Shown: positions 1-13,200 of the stretch, piece by piece
How the letters are laid out: each line of letters opens with the position of its first letter
Position numbering within the stretch: the first letter of the stretch is position 1
Assembly (NCBI GenBank): GCA_964016885.1
Contig: OZ024741.1
Coordinates: 375,968,001 to 376,032,000, forward strand
Origin: Eledone cirrhosa
Lineage: Eukaryota
Direction: 5' to 3'
DNA: 64,000 nt
Made by a program: the position numbers and the translations under genes
The notes under the pieces: generated by a model
What the model was told of the DNA's origin: nothing
The model's database searches: none
What the model saw: the letters and a program-made list of their open reading frames with translations, nothing else

Positions 1-16
1 ATGTATGTATATATAA

Positions 17-62
<46 letters not shown>

Positions 63-68
63 ATATAA

Positions 69-144
<76 letters not shown>

Positions 145-150
145 ATATAA

Positions 151-188
<38 letters not shown>
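1..188. repeat. (TA)n/(TATG)n compound microsatellite
   Basis: Directly visible. Confidence 0.97.
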
Positions 189-190
<2 letters not shown>

Positions 191-359
191 AAGAAAATTT
201 CGCTCTACATGGCTGAATACAATAAACGTAATCTGAGTTTTTCGAATATTAATAATAACATTCGATTCGTTTGCAATTATGCAAACAAGCCTCAATTTTA
301 TAGCCATGTCAGTAGAATGAACACTTCATTCTTGCCCTTGTGTTGGTATGCGAACAGAA

Positions 360-403
360 CTGCAGACACCAATGTTTCTGGGTATCACCCTTCATCAGTA
401 CAG
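360..403 (-). ncRNA. Type I hammerhead ribozyme (minimal, PLE-type)
   Basis: Minus strand reads ctgta-CTGATGA-aGGGTgatACCCa-GAAA-cattggtG-TC-tgcag. Stem I is ctgta/tgcag, stem II gggt/accc, stem III is short, and the cleavage triplet is GUC. There is a non-canonical A.A pair at the base of stem II. Confidence 0.75.
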
Positions 404-650
404 ATCACTGGTCACCAGCCAAACTTTTTATTTGGATTTGGCAAAGCCTGCCATTTATCACTCGTATACAGGAAACTGACTGGGCAGTCTGCTGATATGC
501 AAATCTGGCTGATCAGGGGATCTCCTAATATGCAGATCTGACTGATTAGCCAGTCTGCTAATATGCAAATCAGGTCGATCAGTCACTGTGTATTTTTGAA
601 AATTGCGTATATTTTCACTAGCTCTGACAGTTTGGCAGGTAAACAGTGAG

Positions 651-694
651 CTGTACTGATGAAGGGTGATACCCAGAAACATTAGTATCTGCAG
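651..694 (+). ncRNA. Type I hammerhead ribozyme, second arm (stem III mutated, AUC)
   Basis: ctgta-CTGATGA-agggtgataccca-GAAA-cattagta-TC-tgcag. Confidence 0.6.
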
Positions 695-1053
695 TTCTAT
701 TCGCATGCCAACATAAGAGCAAGAATGAAGTGTTCATTCTACTGACATGGCTATAAAATTGAGGCTTGTTTGTATAATTGCAAACGAATCGATTGTTATT
801 ACTATTCGAAAAACTCAGATTACGTTTATTATATATATATATATATAAGTATGTATACGTACATACATATATGTATACAGACGTACAGTAGTATGTATAT
901 ATATATACATACATGCACACATATATATATGTACATATGGATTCACCGAACATTTATTATAATGCTCGGTGTGTTTGTAAACAAACATCCCAAATTAAGC
1001 CGTACAGTGTCTCGCAACCATCGTTGCTCATTTGTTCAACACTGACAAAGGAA

Positions 1054-1094
1054 CGCTGTACTAGTTTCAAGCTTATTAGCTATCGTCAGCAACA
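1054..1094 (-). ncRNA. Minimal type I hammerhead with palindromic stem III (dimer-type, PLE-like)
   Basis: Minus strand reads tgttg-CTGACGA-tAGCTaataAGCTt-GAAA-CTAG-TA-cagcg. ACTAGT is palindromic and the triplet is GUA. Confidence 0.75.
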
Positions 1095-1403
1095 TATACC
1101 TTCCTGCCAGATGATTGAACGTCTGAAAGTATATACTTTCCTTATGCATATTAACGGCTGAGCAGCCTAATTTGTATATCGAGTGAGTTAATCGGCCGGG
1201 CGCACCGTAAACGATAAACGATATATATATATATTTATTAAAATAACAGATTAAAGTTTAAGCAAAGAATCGCTGCTTTTACCCTTAACGGGATCTTCTG
1301 AAACTTTTGCTCTACGGTTCTTATATATTTGATATATATTTATCCTTATCGAGCCCTCTTTGGATTTTAGTCTTCAAATTTATTATTATTACTATATATA
1401 TAT

Positions 1404-2918
1404 ATATGAAAAAGTTTGTCCTCATCAGTGGCCATCCAACCGTCGTAGGCATTTCGTCGCATTAATCGCCATTTACCTCAGGTTGGTGCGAGCAACGGCT
1501 AAAAAAAGTCGTTGGGACACGTAAATAAAGGGGACGCTAGGGTAAACAAACAAAATGGTTTAAGCAGCAGAAAGTGATGAAGAAGGAAACAAGTCCCAGA
1601 TTTCTATGAATATAAATTCGGTGGAATCGTGAACGAGAGAATAAAGATCATCAATCCTGGTTGAAATGTGAGCAAGGAAGGAATTTCGCACAGGTCTAAC
1701 GGGAGGAAGAAGGGGTCTGGTCTGTGAATTCGGTAAACATAAGTTCTGTGAAGTCGCAGACGAGAGAGAGAAAAAATTTTCATACCGGCTTGGTCAAGTG
1801 CCCGCGAGAAAAGGATTACGGACAGGTCAAACGGGAAGAAAGGGGAGGAGGAGAGGTAGTGACAGAGAGTGAGTGAGTGAAAGGGGAGGAAGAGGCTACC
1901 AGAGAGAGAAAGACTGCTAGAAAGGGTAAAGACACAAAGAACGAAACAGACTGGTGGCAGCGGAGGAAAAAATATATGTGTAAATATGATAATAATGGAG
2001 CTGCGGCGCTGCAAATGGGTTACATATGAAAAAGTTTGTCCTCACCGAATTTATATTCATAGAAATCTGGGACTTGTTTCCTTCTTCATCACTTTCTGCT
2101 GCCTAAACCATTTTGTTTGTTTACCCTAGCGTCCCCTTTATTTACGTGTCCCAACGACTTTTTTTTAGCCGTTGCTCTCACCAACTTGAGGTATATGGCC
2201 TTTAATGTGACGAAATGCCTACGACGGTTGGATGGCCACTGATGAGGACAAACTTTTTCATATGTAACCCATTTGCAGCGCCGCAGCTCCATTATTATCA
2301 TATCTACACATATTTTTTCCTCCGCTGCCACCACTCTGTTTCGTTCTTTGTGTCTTTACCCTTTCTAGCAGTCTCTCTCTCTGTTAGCCTCTTCCTCACC
2401 TTTCACTCACTCACTCTCTGGCACTACCTCTCCTCCTCCCCTTTCTTCCCGTTTGACCTGTCCATAATCCTTTTCTCGCGGGCACTTGGCCAAGCCGGTA
2501 TGAATTTTTTTTCTCTCTCTCGTCTGCGAATTCACAGAACTTATGTTTACCGAATTCACAGACCCTTCTTCCTCCCGTTAGACCTGTACGAAATTCCTTC
2601 CTTGCTCACATTTCAACCAGGTTTGATGGTCTTTATTCTCTCGTTCACGATTCCACCGAATTTATATTCATAGAAATCTGGGACTTGTTTCCTTCTTCCT
2701 CACTTTCTGCTGCTTAAACCATTTTGTTTGTTTACCCTAGCGTCCCCTTTATTTACGTGTCCCAACGACTTTTTTTAGCCGTTGCTCGCACCAACCTGAG
2801 GTATATGGCCTTTAATGCGACGAAATGCCTACGACGGTTGGATGGCCACTGATGAGGACAAACTTTTTCATATATAACCCATTTGCAGAGCCGCAGCTCC
2901 ATTATTATCATATTTACA
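1404..2918. repeat. ~615-bp unit in partial tandem plus inverted arrangement (one unit +, ~1.4 units -; switch at ~2044)
   Basis: atatgaaaaagtttgtcctca recurs at 1404 and 2024. From ~2043 the sequence is the reverse complement of the same unit, repeating at ~2655. Confidence 0.9.
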
Positions 2919-3036
2919 TATATATATATATACACATATGTATGTATATGTATATATCTATATGAATATATGTATATGTATAGACAGATAGATATGTATA
3001 CCGATGCTTATATATATATATATATATAAATATACA

Positions 3037-3037
3037 C

Positions 3038-3125
<88 letters not shown>

Positions 3126-3126
3126 T

Positions 3127-3202
<76 letters not shown>
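3037..3202. repeat. (GA)n microsatellite
   Basis: Directly visible. Confidence 0.97.
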
Positions 3203-3207
<5 letters not shown>

Positions 3208-3913
3208 TCTGTGAGGTTTAGATGCAGAGAGAAACCTGTGTGGTAATAATATAGATATATGTAGATTGACAGAAAGATAAGGACATACATATGAACGCAC
3301 ATGTAGGTTGTCAGAGTAGTTGCAGTTCTGGAATAAAAGTAAATAACCGTTTCCATTTGTGACCATCCATCCTACTTTTCATGTCTCTCTCTCTCTGTCT
3401 CTCTCTGTCTCTCTCTCCCTCTAAGCGTGTCTTTCTCTCTATATATTTTTATATACATCAATATATGCATGTATTTATAATTTCACAAATGTTTGCCAAT
3501 ATGGAGAGAGAGACGGTCGGTTTCAAACAAAGATACAAGACTCTCTCATTGGAATTTACACAACATCAACTAGGTAGATATGTCTGCGTGTCTGCATGCA
3601 TGTATGTGTGTGCAGGTATGTATGTTATTGTATGTGTGGATGTGTGTGTTTTGAGTTGTATGTGTGCATGTGATACGCTTTGTATCTGTACATGTGTATA
3701 TGCAGTTACTAGATGCAGCATTTTTGGAATGGTTTACATATTTTAACTGTTCCATTAATGGATTGTACTTGTAATTACCTAACTAGTTGAGTTATTTCTG
3801 TTTCTGTGAAGCCTAGCTTCTCAAGATTTGTATCGAGGCAGTTACTAACATATCCCTGTGCTCCAATAATCACAGGCATATGCATGTATGTAAGTATGTA
3901 TGTTCTTCTGGTT

Positions 3914-6900
3914 TTATAATTTCACAAATTTTTTTTGCCGCAATAAAAGAGAGAGTCGGTTTCTAACATAGACACAATACTCTCATTGGAATTTACACAA
4001 CATCAATTAGGTAGATTATGTATGCATGCATGTGTAGATATGGATGTTATTGTATGTGTGGATGTGTATGTATTGAGTTGTATGTGTGCATGTGTATATG
4101 CTTTGCATCTGTACATGTGTATATGCAGTTATTAGATGCAAAATCTTTGGAATGTTTTACATATTTTTACTGTTCCATTAATGGATTTTACTTGTAATTT
4201 CCTAACTAGTTGTGTTCTTTCTGTTCCTTTGAAGCCTAGCTTCTCAAGATTTGTATTGAGGCAGTTTCTAACAAATCCCAGTGCCCCAATAATCACAGGC
4301 ATAAATCTGAAGGTGTAATCAGGGTGGAGTATCTGCAGATTTCTCATCAGTTCTGCATAAATATTCTCCTTTTCGCTAATCTTTGATATTATATTGGCAT
4401 CTGCTGGGCAGCTAATATCAACTACTGTGCATGCTTTCTTCTCCCTGTCCCATATCATAATATCTGGTCTGTTATGCCTGCATTTTATTGGGGTTTTTAC
4501 TGGAACATTCCACCAGTACTCTTTTATATTATGTACATGGATGTCTTCCACATTGCTGTAGCTTTTAATGTGTTTATTATCGGGGCTATCTTTTTTACGA
4601 ACTGCATTGTACAGTGTTTTGGCCACTACATCATGCCTCATAGGTAGATAGTACCGCGATGACATCTTTGGACAGCTGCTGATGACATGGGTGATATCCT
4701 CGATATTAGTTCTGCAGAGTGTGCACTTGTTATCACATCTAGGTGTTTTGCCTGCATCCCTATCTCTTTTGTGAATCAGGTATTTCGTGTTAATCTCCTG
4801 TTCGTGGATTACAAAAGTATATCCTTCAATGTGGGAGCCAATATAGCGGTTGTTGGTCCAAGATAGACTACTTTCCTTATCTATATTACTCTCACTCTGG
4901 AGCTTCCTGGCAAAATATCCAGGCATGATTTTTTGCTGATAAGCATGCAATTTTTCATCCATGGATTCACTGCGATACTGCTGAGCGACTTCCCTGGTTG
5001 TGAGGTTTTGATTATCACACAGGGAATATCACTCGAGGAGTTGTTTCCCAACTCTCATGATCTTATCTGTTTCATGCAGATAGACTTGCTCGAGAAACGG
5101 GCTCCTATGCTTCGAGGTTCGTAGATGTTGTCGGAGAGATATGATGCGACATTCAAATGTTGTCTGGACTGATGTTAGGCCTCTGCCTCCCTGCTTATGT
5201 TTCAAGTAAAGGCGGTAAATGTCACTGTTGATGTGGAAGTTTCCGGTGCTGTTTAGTATTTTTCGAGTTCCAACATCAACTGCTCGGATTTCGTCTATCG
5301 TCCAGTTGAGTATTCCAAACGTTGGTGTTAGGACAGGCACAGCAAACACATTGTGAGCCACTGTTTTGTTTTTCGCAGAGAGTTCCGATGACCAGATCTT
5401 TCTTAATCGGGTGTAGTATTCCCTGGTTACGCGTTCTTTCTTACAGATACCATTATAGGATATGTTCTCATCTATCCCCAGGTATATGTAGAAGTCCTCA
5501 GCTGATATCGGTGAAACAGTTAGACCATTGATGACAATGTTGTTAGATTGGGTTGTTGTTTTTCCCCGCTTTACAGTCATGTATGAGCATTTATCTTGGC
5601 CAAACTCCATTCCTATATCCTTTGAGAACGTTGTAACCAGGTCAAGATCTTTTTTCATCCCATCCATGTTCTTGGCATAGATTTTCATATCATCCACAAA
5701 AAAATTATGGGTTAGGTTCGTATTTCTGTCCTCCTGTGAGCCAATGATGTATCCTTCACATTTCTTGAGCAGAAAGGACAAGGGGTTTAATGACAGGATG
5801 AATACTATCACAGAGAGACTGTCTTCCTGAAATATACCCCTGCGATATTTTATTTTATTAGTGAAAATAGAGTCCTCCCTCTCTGTCTTTAACCTTGGGA
5901 TAGTAGCCCAAGAAGAATACAGCTTCTCTATGGTTCTGATAATAATTTCTGGGACTTTAGCAAGTCGGAGGGCCTCTATCATCCAAGAGTGGGGAACAGA
6001 ATCGAAAGCTTTCCTGTAGTCCAGCCAGACTGTAGCCATATTCCTCCAAAGTTGTCGCGCCTCCGACATCGCAGTTTTGTTGATTAGGAGTTGTTCAGCA
6101 CATCCCAAACCCCTTTCTTTCCAGCTGCTTGTTCATCTGTGATGATGTTATTATTTTCACAGTGATCTTGGAGGAATAGGTTCAGGTAGGCTGTATACAT
6201 CTTATACATCAGGTTCTGGCATTCAATGGGTCGGTAGTTTTTTTCCAAGTGGGTGTCTTTGTTCTTGGGGACCAGTAATGTTTGTGTTAATGTCAACCAT
6301 TCTGGTATAAGTGTATCTCCCTTAAGAACTTGTTGGTAGAGGTCAGTAAGATACCTCCGATAGAATATCAGTTTTTCGTACCAGTAGCCGACAATCATGT
6401 CTCTTCCGGGTGTTTTCTTATCTTGGAGTTTTCCTATCACAGTCTCAAGGGTACCCTCACTTATTTCGTATGTTTTTGTTGTAGTGTAGGAGCAATAGTT
6501 CTTTCGGATTTCTTTTAGCCACACTGCATCTTGGTTGAAATTCTTCTTTTCTCCCAAAGGAATCTATGTCTTTCTGGGATGGGGCCTCTGTGACACTTAT
6601 TATTTTGCCCTTCATATCTCTATAGACTGATTTTTGTTTTCGTCTGAATCTTTTATTAAGCACTTTTCTTTCATCTACCTTCTTCAGGTATCGGCGTTTT
6701 TCACTAACAGCTCTCAATTCTTGTTTGAGGGTGATCAGCTTATATTGAAGAGTTCTGGTTCTACTGTTACCAAACATCGTCTCTATTTTATTTTTCACTC
6801 TTTGTTGGTGAGGAGTGGGATTTTTTTGTGTTTGTTTGTATATAAAGAGCATTGTCACATATTCTATGGTTTTCCGTAGGTCAGCAATCTTTTTTTCTAT

Positions 6901-7860
6901 TTTAGTTATAAATGATGGTATTTTTGGTGGTATTCTTGTTAATATGTCTGCTATCACCAAATAATGCTTCACTGTCGTTTCTAACGCATATAAACAGGCG
7001 TTGATTTGCCTAAATGTAGGGGTTTTTATCCGTCGTATATATTCATCCCCTATTTCGTCAATAACACGTAATATTTCATTATTTTATTTTATTTTTTTTT
7101 AAATTAAATATTTTTGTTTTAATACGTTCAGCAAGAGAAATATTTATACATGAATTAACTTCTCTCTGGAAGATTTCGTTGAGGGAAATTTTCAATTGTT
7201 TATACTTTTGATTATTATCATTATCGATAGTATTTTCCACAATAGTCGAGGTAGACTCGGATGGTACATGTGATGCCAAATTTCTTCGATTATAATCATT
7301 ATCGATAGTGTTTTCCCCAGCATTCGAGGTAGACTTAGATGGTACACGTGGTGTCAAGTTTCTTACAGGCATAGTTGTTTCAAGGCATTATTCGACCTGG
7401 TTGCTAGGAAGTCTAGTAGCATGGCGATCTGTAGCACGTGTTGATGATCCCATGTTTGTTGTGGAGGACTTACAATTAATAATATTTATCTTATTTTTAC
7501 GTTCAACAAATGTCGCATGCTGTCGTAATTGTTTCGCTGTGAAGTGATTTAGCTCTGGGTGTATTTCGTCCAAGTGTAACTTCATTCAGTTCATATAGCC
7601 AATGGAGGGATTGTTTTTTGCCATTTTATAACAAATAAATCATCATTAAGTTCGCAACTCCAAGAAAAATACGATTTATAATTTCGGTTTCTTCTGTAGC
7701 TACAACTGAATACATTTTGTTTACCTTTCTCGTTGTTTTTCTTCGGTACTTCTTTAATGTTGTTGTTGTTGCTGTTGTGTTCAGCCATGCTGTTTGTAGC
7801 AAATCTTTGTAAAATGAATTATGTATTTAGTCGGATATCTCTACGAATTCGAATAAAAGG
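3914..7860 (-). mobile_element. R4/Dong-type non-LTR retrotransposon, family A, near full-length and decayed
   Basis: Frameshifted ORF pieces run 7788->4132. RT motifs: NYRPI, WLDYRKAFDSVPH, GIFQEDSLS, FVDD. CCHC finger: CTLC..H....C. Also RHD and the RLE nuclease motif NRPDI..DISCP..EK. Confidence 0.9.
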
Positions 7861-7964
7861 TGTCTCCAGTAGATATAGTTAGAAGAATATACAGTTATTC
7901 AACATGACTTGTAGTTGTGGCATTACTGTCGGAGATAGTAATATGGCATTACTGTCGGTGATAG

Positions 7965-7967
<3 letters not shown>

Positions 7968-7995
<28 letters not shown>

Positions 7996-8053
7996 TGTAT
8001 GTATGTATGTATGTATGTATGTATGTATGTATGTATGTATGTATGTATGTATG
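7968..8053. repeat. (TATG)n microsatellite
   Basis: Directly visible. Confidence 0.97.
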
Positions 8054-8054
8054 T

Positions 8055-10010
8055 CAGGGATTCCTCTGAGGTTGCAGTAGCTATCTCGAAGCTGAACAGT
8101 GGAAGGTCTCCAGGTATGGATGGCATACATGCAGAGCTCTTACAATATGGTGGTGAGAGAATTCTGCAACATCTTCAGTATTTGTTTGGCAGGATATGGG
8201 CTAGTGAATCCGTACCTGAGGACTGGAGGGATGCAGTAATGGTGGTCTTGTATAAGGGAAGGGTAACAATAATGATTGTGGAAACTACAGAGGTATATCA
8301 TTGCTTTCTGTCGTGGGAAAATTTTTATGTAGGGTGCTTCACATTGCTGACACACATTGCAGATTGTGTTCTGAAAGTTAATCTGGTTTTCGTACTGATA
8401 TGATCTTCTCAGCAAGACAGCTCCAGGAGAAGTGCATGGAACAAGATTCGGATCTGTATCAAGTTTTTGTCGATCTGACAAAAGCTTTCGATACTGTTAA
8501 CAGAAATGCATTGTGGAAGGTTCTCCAAAAATTTGGTTGCCCTGATAAGTTCCTTGCTTTGGTTACGTCTTTCCATGACGACATGAAGGCTTGTGTTAAT
8601 GTCAGAGGTAACATGTCGAAGCCTATCTCAGTTAAAAAAATGGAGTGAAACAGGGGATATACCAGCACCGACCCTGTTTGCCATATACTTTGCAATGGTT
8701 TTCTATATTGTATTCAGGAATTGAGAGCATGGTGTTTACATCCAATATCGAACCCCAGGCAGCATATTTAACATCAGGCGCTTTGCTGCAAAAACAAAAG
8801 TATTTACATCAATCATAAGAGACCTCTTGTATGCAGAATATTGCGATCTTGTAGCGCACACAGAGAGTGATATGCAGCACATTTTGAATGGATTTCTGAT
8901 GCTTGCACTGCCCAAGAATTGACTGTCAGTCTCAAGAAAACCGTCTTCATGTACCAATCTGCCCCTGGTAAGCAGTACAGTGAGCCAAATATCTATGTGT
9001 ATGGTAAACGACTTGGAGTGGTTGATCAGTTTGTCTACCTGGGAAGCACTGTCAATCGATACAGCAACCTTGATAATGAAATTCCACTCAGGAAAGCAAG
9101 TGATGCTTTCGTATAGCTAGAAAGGCGTCTCTAGAGTCGGCGAGACATATGCAAAAAGACAAAGGTAAAGGTGTACAAGGCATGTGTGCTCTCTTCTCTT
9201 CTTTATGCCTGCGAGACCTGGGTCACATATCGACACCACCTTAAACATTGGAGCGTTTCCATCAGATGTGTCTCAGACGGTTCCATGGCGTTCACTGGAG
9301 GGACCACATCAGTGTTGTCGAGGTTTTGGAAAGCGCTCTGTGTGACAGAATAGTAGACTCTTGTGCTTAAGCAAAGTGTCCGTTGGAGTGGTCACCTTGC
9401 CAGGATAAAGGATTCTAGAATACAAAAACAAGTCTTTTATGGAGAGTTAGTTAAAGGAAAACGACCCCCACATAAATAAAAAAAAAAGTTATAAGGATTC
9501 GTTGAAAGCCTCTTTGAAAGACGCTAATATCTATGCAGATACATAGGAAAATGTTGCTGCTGATCGTAATAAATGGAGAAAGACTGTATATGAGTGGAAA
9601 GTTGCTTTTGAGGCATCTCGAATCGCATCATACGAGAAAGTAAAGCGGGATGTGAGGAAGGGTATTGCTGTTGCATTTCCAGACGGAGAATGTCTTCCTA
9701 TGGCACTGACATGCAGCGTCTGTGCGAGAATCTGCCCCAGAAAAGCTGGACTCGAAAGTCATCTTCGCAGTCATAAAGTGATACCAGTGGTTGACTACCA
9801 GGCTGCTGTTGGAGATACTACTCATCATGCCTACCAAGCATGTGGTAGAGTGTGTTAATGAGCAGGGGGGCTCAAACGACATCCAAAAGTACATGAACTC
9901 CAACTACAGCCGGCTATTCCCAGTGAATGTTTTGGTTGCCAAATCTGTGCAAGACATTTTAGATCATTGGCTGGGCTTAAAAGCCACATTCGATCGCAGC
10001 ACTGTTAATT
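8055..10010 (+). mobile_element. RTE (BovB-like) LINE, 5'-truncated and decayed, with C-terminal C2H2 fingers
   Basis: Fragments SPGMDGIHAE, MIFSARQLQEK, FVDLTKAFDTVNR..LW..L.KFGCP, FVYLGS, LLYACETW, and CSVCARICPRKAGLESHLRSH. Confidence 0.9.
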
Positions 10011-10024
10011 GTTATCGCGCGCGT

Positions 10025-10200
10025 TATCGGTAGAGGGTCGGACGCCATGCTTTCCAGCATAGTTACGTCCCTTTACGATCAGAGTTCAAATCCCGCCGAG
10101 GTTGACTTTGCCTTTCATCCTTACGGGGTCGATAAAATAAAGTACCAGTACTGGGTAATTGCTGGCCTAGTGCCTAAAGTAGAAACAATTATTATTATTA
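10025..10200 (+). mobile_element. tRNA-derived SINE (Deu/Nin-like core) with (ATT)n tail
   Basis: B-box gagttcaaatccc, core gcctttcatccttacggggtcgataaaataaagtacc, tail ggcctagtgcctaaagtagaaacaattatt. At least 7 copies in this window. Confidence 0.85.
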
Positions 10201-10204
10201 TTAT

Positions 10205-13200
10205 TGTTGTTATTACTCTTTGAGTCTCAGTCATCGATGTTAGTTAACTGGAAAGTTTGTTGAAATGAATATCAAGCCACTACCTGCAGCCTCAGATATT
10301 CAGGACGTATTGGAGGGTTCTTGCTGTTCCCAGCAAGCATGCCTTTTGAAGCGTTCCAAAAAGCGTGAAGGGGCCAATTTTCTTTAACCATCGCTGGAAA
10401 CCTTTTGAGATAGTCCTTAGTGCGCCTATGACAATCGGGATCACTTTGACTTCATGGCAGTTCCAAATCCTTTTTACCTCCCACTTTAAGTCCTGGTATC
10501 GGTTAATTTTCTCCCTCTCCTTCTCTTGCACTCTCGTGTCGAATGGGCAGGCCACATCCACAATCAGGCACGATCTTTTTTCTTTGTCCACAACCACCAG
10601 GTCAGGTCTATTGTGTTCCAGTTTTTGTCCGTCTGTATCATAAAATCCCACAGCACCTTCACCTGATCGTTTTCTATCATCGCCTCTGGCTTATGCTCAA
10701 ACCACTTCTCAGAATGTGGTAAATTGTTTACTTTGCATAGGTGCCAGTGGATCACCCTGCCCATCACATCATGTCTCCAGCCCTTATAGTGAGTCTGGGC
10801 TAGGTGTTTACACTCGGATACAATGTGAGCCACAGTCTCCTCTCTCTCTCCACAGATCCTGCACAGTGGGCTAGCCTCCTCCTTGTAAACATGGTGTTTC
10901 AACCACTTCGTTTTGAGGGCCTGCTCCTGCGCAGCCATTAACATTCCTTCTGTAGCCTTTTTAAGGTCTCCTCTTTTCAACCAGTTCCATGTCTGTGGAT
11001 CTCTAAAATCAGTTTTCTCAAAGAAGGTACTATGAAGGGATTTTTCCTGAATGTTGCTCTTCCTCCTTGATGTTATTTCCTCCTTTGACATCCCCTGGTC
11101 TATTGTCCCCTCCTTCAGTACAGTTCTGAGCATTGGCTCCTTACTATCAGTCACGTATTTGTGTAGGTTGTTTTTCTCCATCTGAACACAGTCCTCTATG
11201 CTAATAAGACCTCTTCCACCTTCAGATCTCCTTAAGTAGAGTCTATCGACATCACTCCTCTTGTGGAACATGTTGTAGATAGTCAATAGCTTCCTAGTCT
11301 TCCTATCCATTTCTTTTGTTCAGCAACATTCCATCTCAGAATTCCCGCACTGTACATAATAATAAGCACAGCTCGGGAATTTACTGCACTTATGTCATTC
11401 CTACTGTTCAGATGTGACTTTAATACGCTCCTTACTCTCCGAATGTATTCAGTTCTTATCAATTCCTTCATCTTTTTGTTCTTGATGTCATCAGCCTCCA
11501 GAATGCCCAAATACTTGTATCCTTCTTCAGAGTCAATTTCCTTTATCATCTCACCTGTTGGTACCTGGATTCCGTTACTTCTGCTCAACTTACCCCTCTT
11601 CATCACAATGACTCCACACTTACTAATACCAAATTGCATACATATATCATTGTTGAAAATACGGACAGTGTCAACAAGCACATCCAACTCCTCACTCTTC
11701 CCGAAGAGCTTAAGATCGTCCATGAAGAGGAGGTGATTGATGGTAAGCCCTCCGTTTCCCAACCTGTATCCTGCTCTCACTTTTCGTAGTACACTGGTCA
11801 GGGGCATCAGGGCAAGGACAAACAACAGAGGGGACAGACTACCTCCCTGGAAGATACCTCTCTTGATCTTCACGCTTCCCAAGGATTCTCCAGTTGATGT
11901 TAACTCTGTTCCCCAGGACTTCATACTTTTGCACAACAACTGTCTGATGTTATCTGCCACCTTGAAGATCTCCAGGCTTTTGGTGATCCAAGAATGAGGG
12001 ACCATGTCAAATGCCTTTTTGTAGTCTATCTATCCCATGGCAAGACCAGTGTATCTCCTCTTGCAATTCCTCATTACCATCTTATCAATAAGTAACTGGT
12101 CCTTTGTACCACGTGACTTCTTTCGGCATCCTTTCTGTTCGTCCGGTAACAAGTTGTTTGTGTGGAGGTGATGGTAGATTTCCTCAGACATAATGCTTGT
12201 CAACAGTTTCCACATTACGGACACACATGTGATAGGTCTATAGTTGGTAACATCATTACCCTTGATTCGGTCTTTCATTATCAGAGCTGTGGTACCTTTT
12301 GTCAACCACTCTGGTACCTCACCTGACATCAAGCAGTCATTGAACATGGTTGTCAGTTTCGGGTGGAGGGATGTTATATTTTTAATCCAATACCCCTGCA
12401 CACCATCTGGGCCTGGTGATTTCCAGTTGGTTAGTTTTTTGGCCTGCCCCCTAAGAGTTTCAACTGTGATACTCAAATCAGTTTGTTGGTGTGCCTGTTC
12501 ACTAATCTCCTTCTGTACTGTCTCAATCCACACTGCCTGGTCATTATGTTTAACATCCTGCTCCCATATTCCTCTCCAGAATGTCTTAGTCTGTTCCGCC
12601 TCAGGGATCAAATCGTTGCCTCTTTCTTTCCCTTCAAGCTGTCCAAACAGCATCTTCTGGTTGTTGTCGAACATGCGGTTCTGTCTATACTGACTGACTC
12701 TGTTCTCGTATCGCCTGATTTTTGCACTCTTTGATACAATGCGTTGCTTCAGTTCCTCTATGATAATATTTAGCTTTTTCCACCTAGTTTTGTACTTTAT
12801 TTCCAGTCTATTTTTAGTGTCTATGTTTTTTAGTGTCCCATTCAGTAGGGACTCAAGCTTTCCAATGTCATTTCTCATTTCCCTGATTTGACCACTCAGT
12901 CGTTTCTTCCACAAGGCTCTGCTCTTTCTTGTCTGTTGTTTCCTCTCGCTTTTATACCAAGTAGTTTCCTCACCGTATTTGCTGTTGCTTTGAGGATATT
13001 GTTGCACTGGTGAAGGCTCTTCGCCTCAAGGTATGGGATGACTTTGTTTACCTTAGCTGTTGTTTCTTTTAACTTTTTCCTGTCTACAAATATTAGGTTC
13101 ATAGGTCTCCCACTATCATTGTTCAATTCATCTACCACTAAGTTTAGGATATCAACCAAATCTTGTCCTAGCCCGTCAGCATTCATCTCCTCAGTGGCCG

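Larger units (their letters stand above)
221..830. mobile_element. Fold-back element (~205-bp inverted arms 221-425/629-830) with a hammerhead in each arm; Penelope-like pLTR remnant
   Basis: The arms are reverse complements with scattered mismatches. The spacer holds three 33-bp tandem units. The right end abuts (TA)n. Confidence 0.75.

Noticed and set aside
1262-1310. Hammerhead-like CAGAAGA-tccc..ggg-AAAA on the minus strand
   Set aside because: Both core boxes are mutated and stems I and III are unconvincing.
10080-10100. tRNA gene suggested by the GTTCAAATC box
   Set aside because: No cloverleaf; it is the head of a multi-copy SINE.
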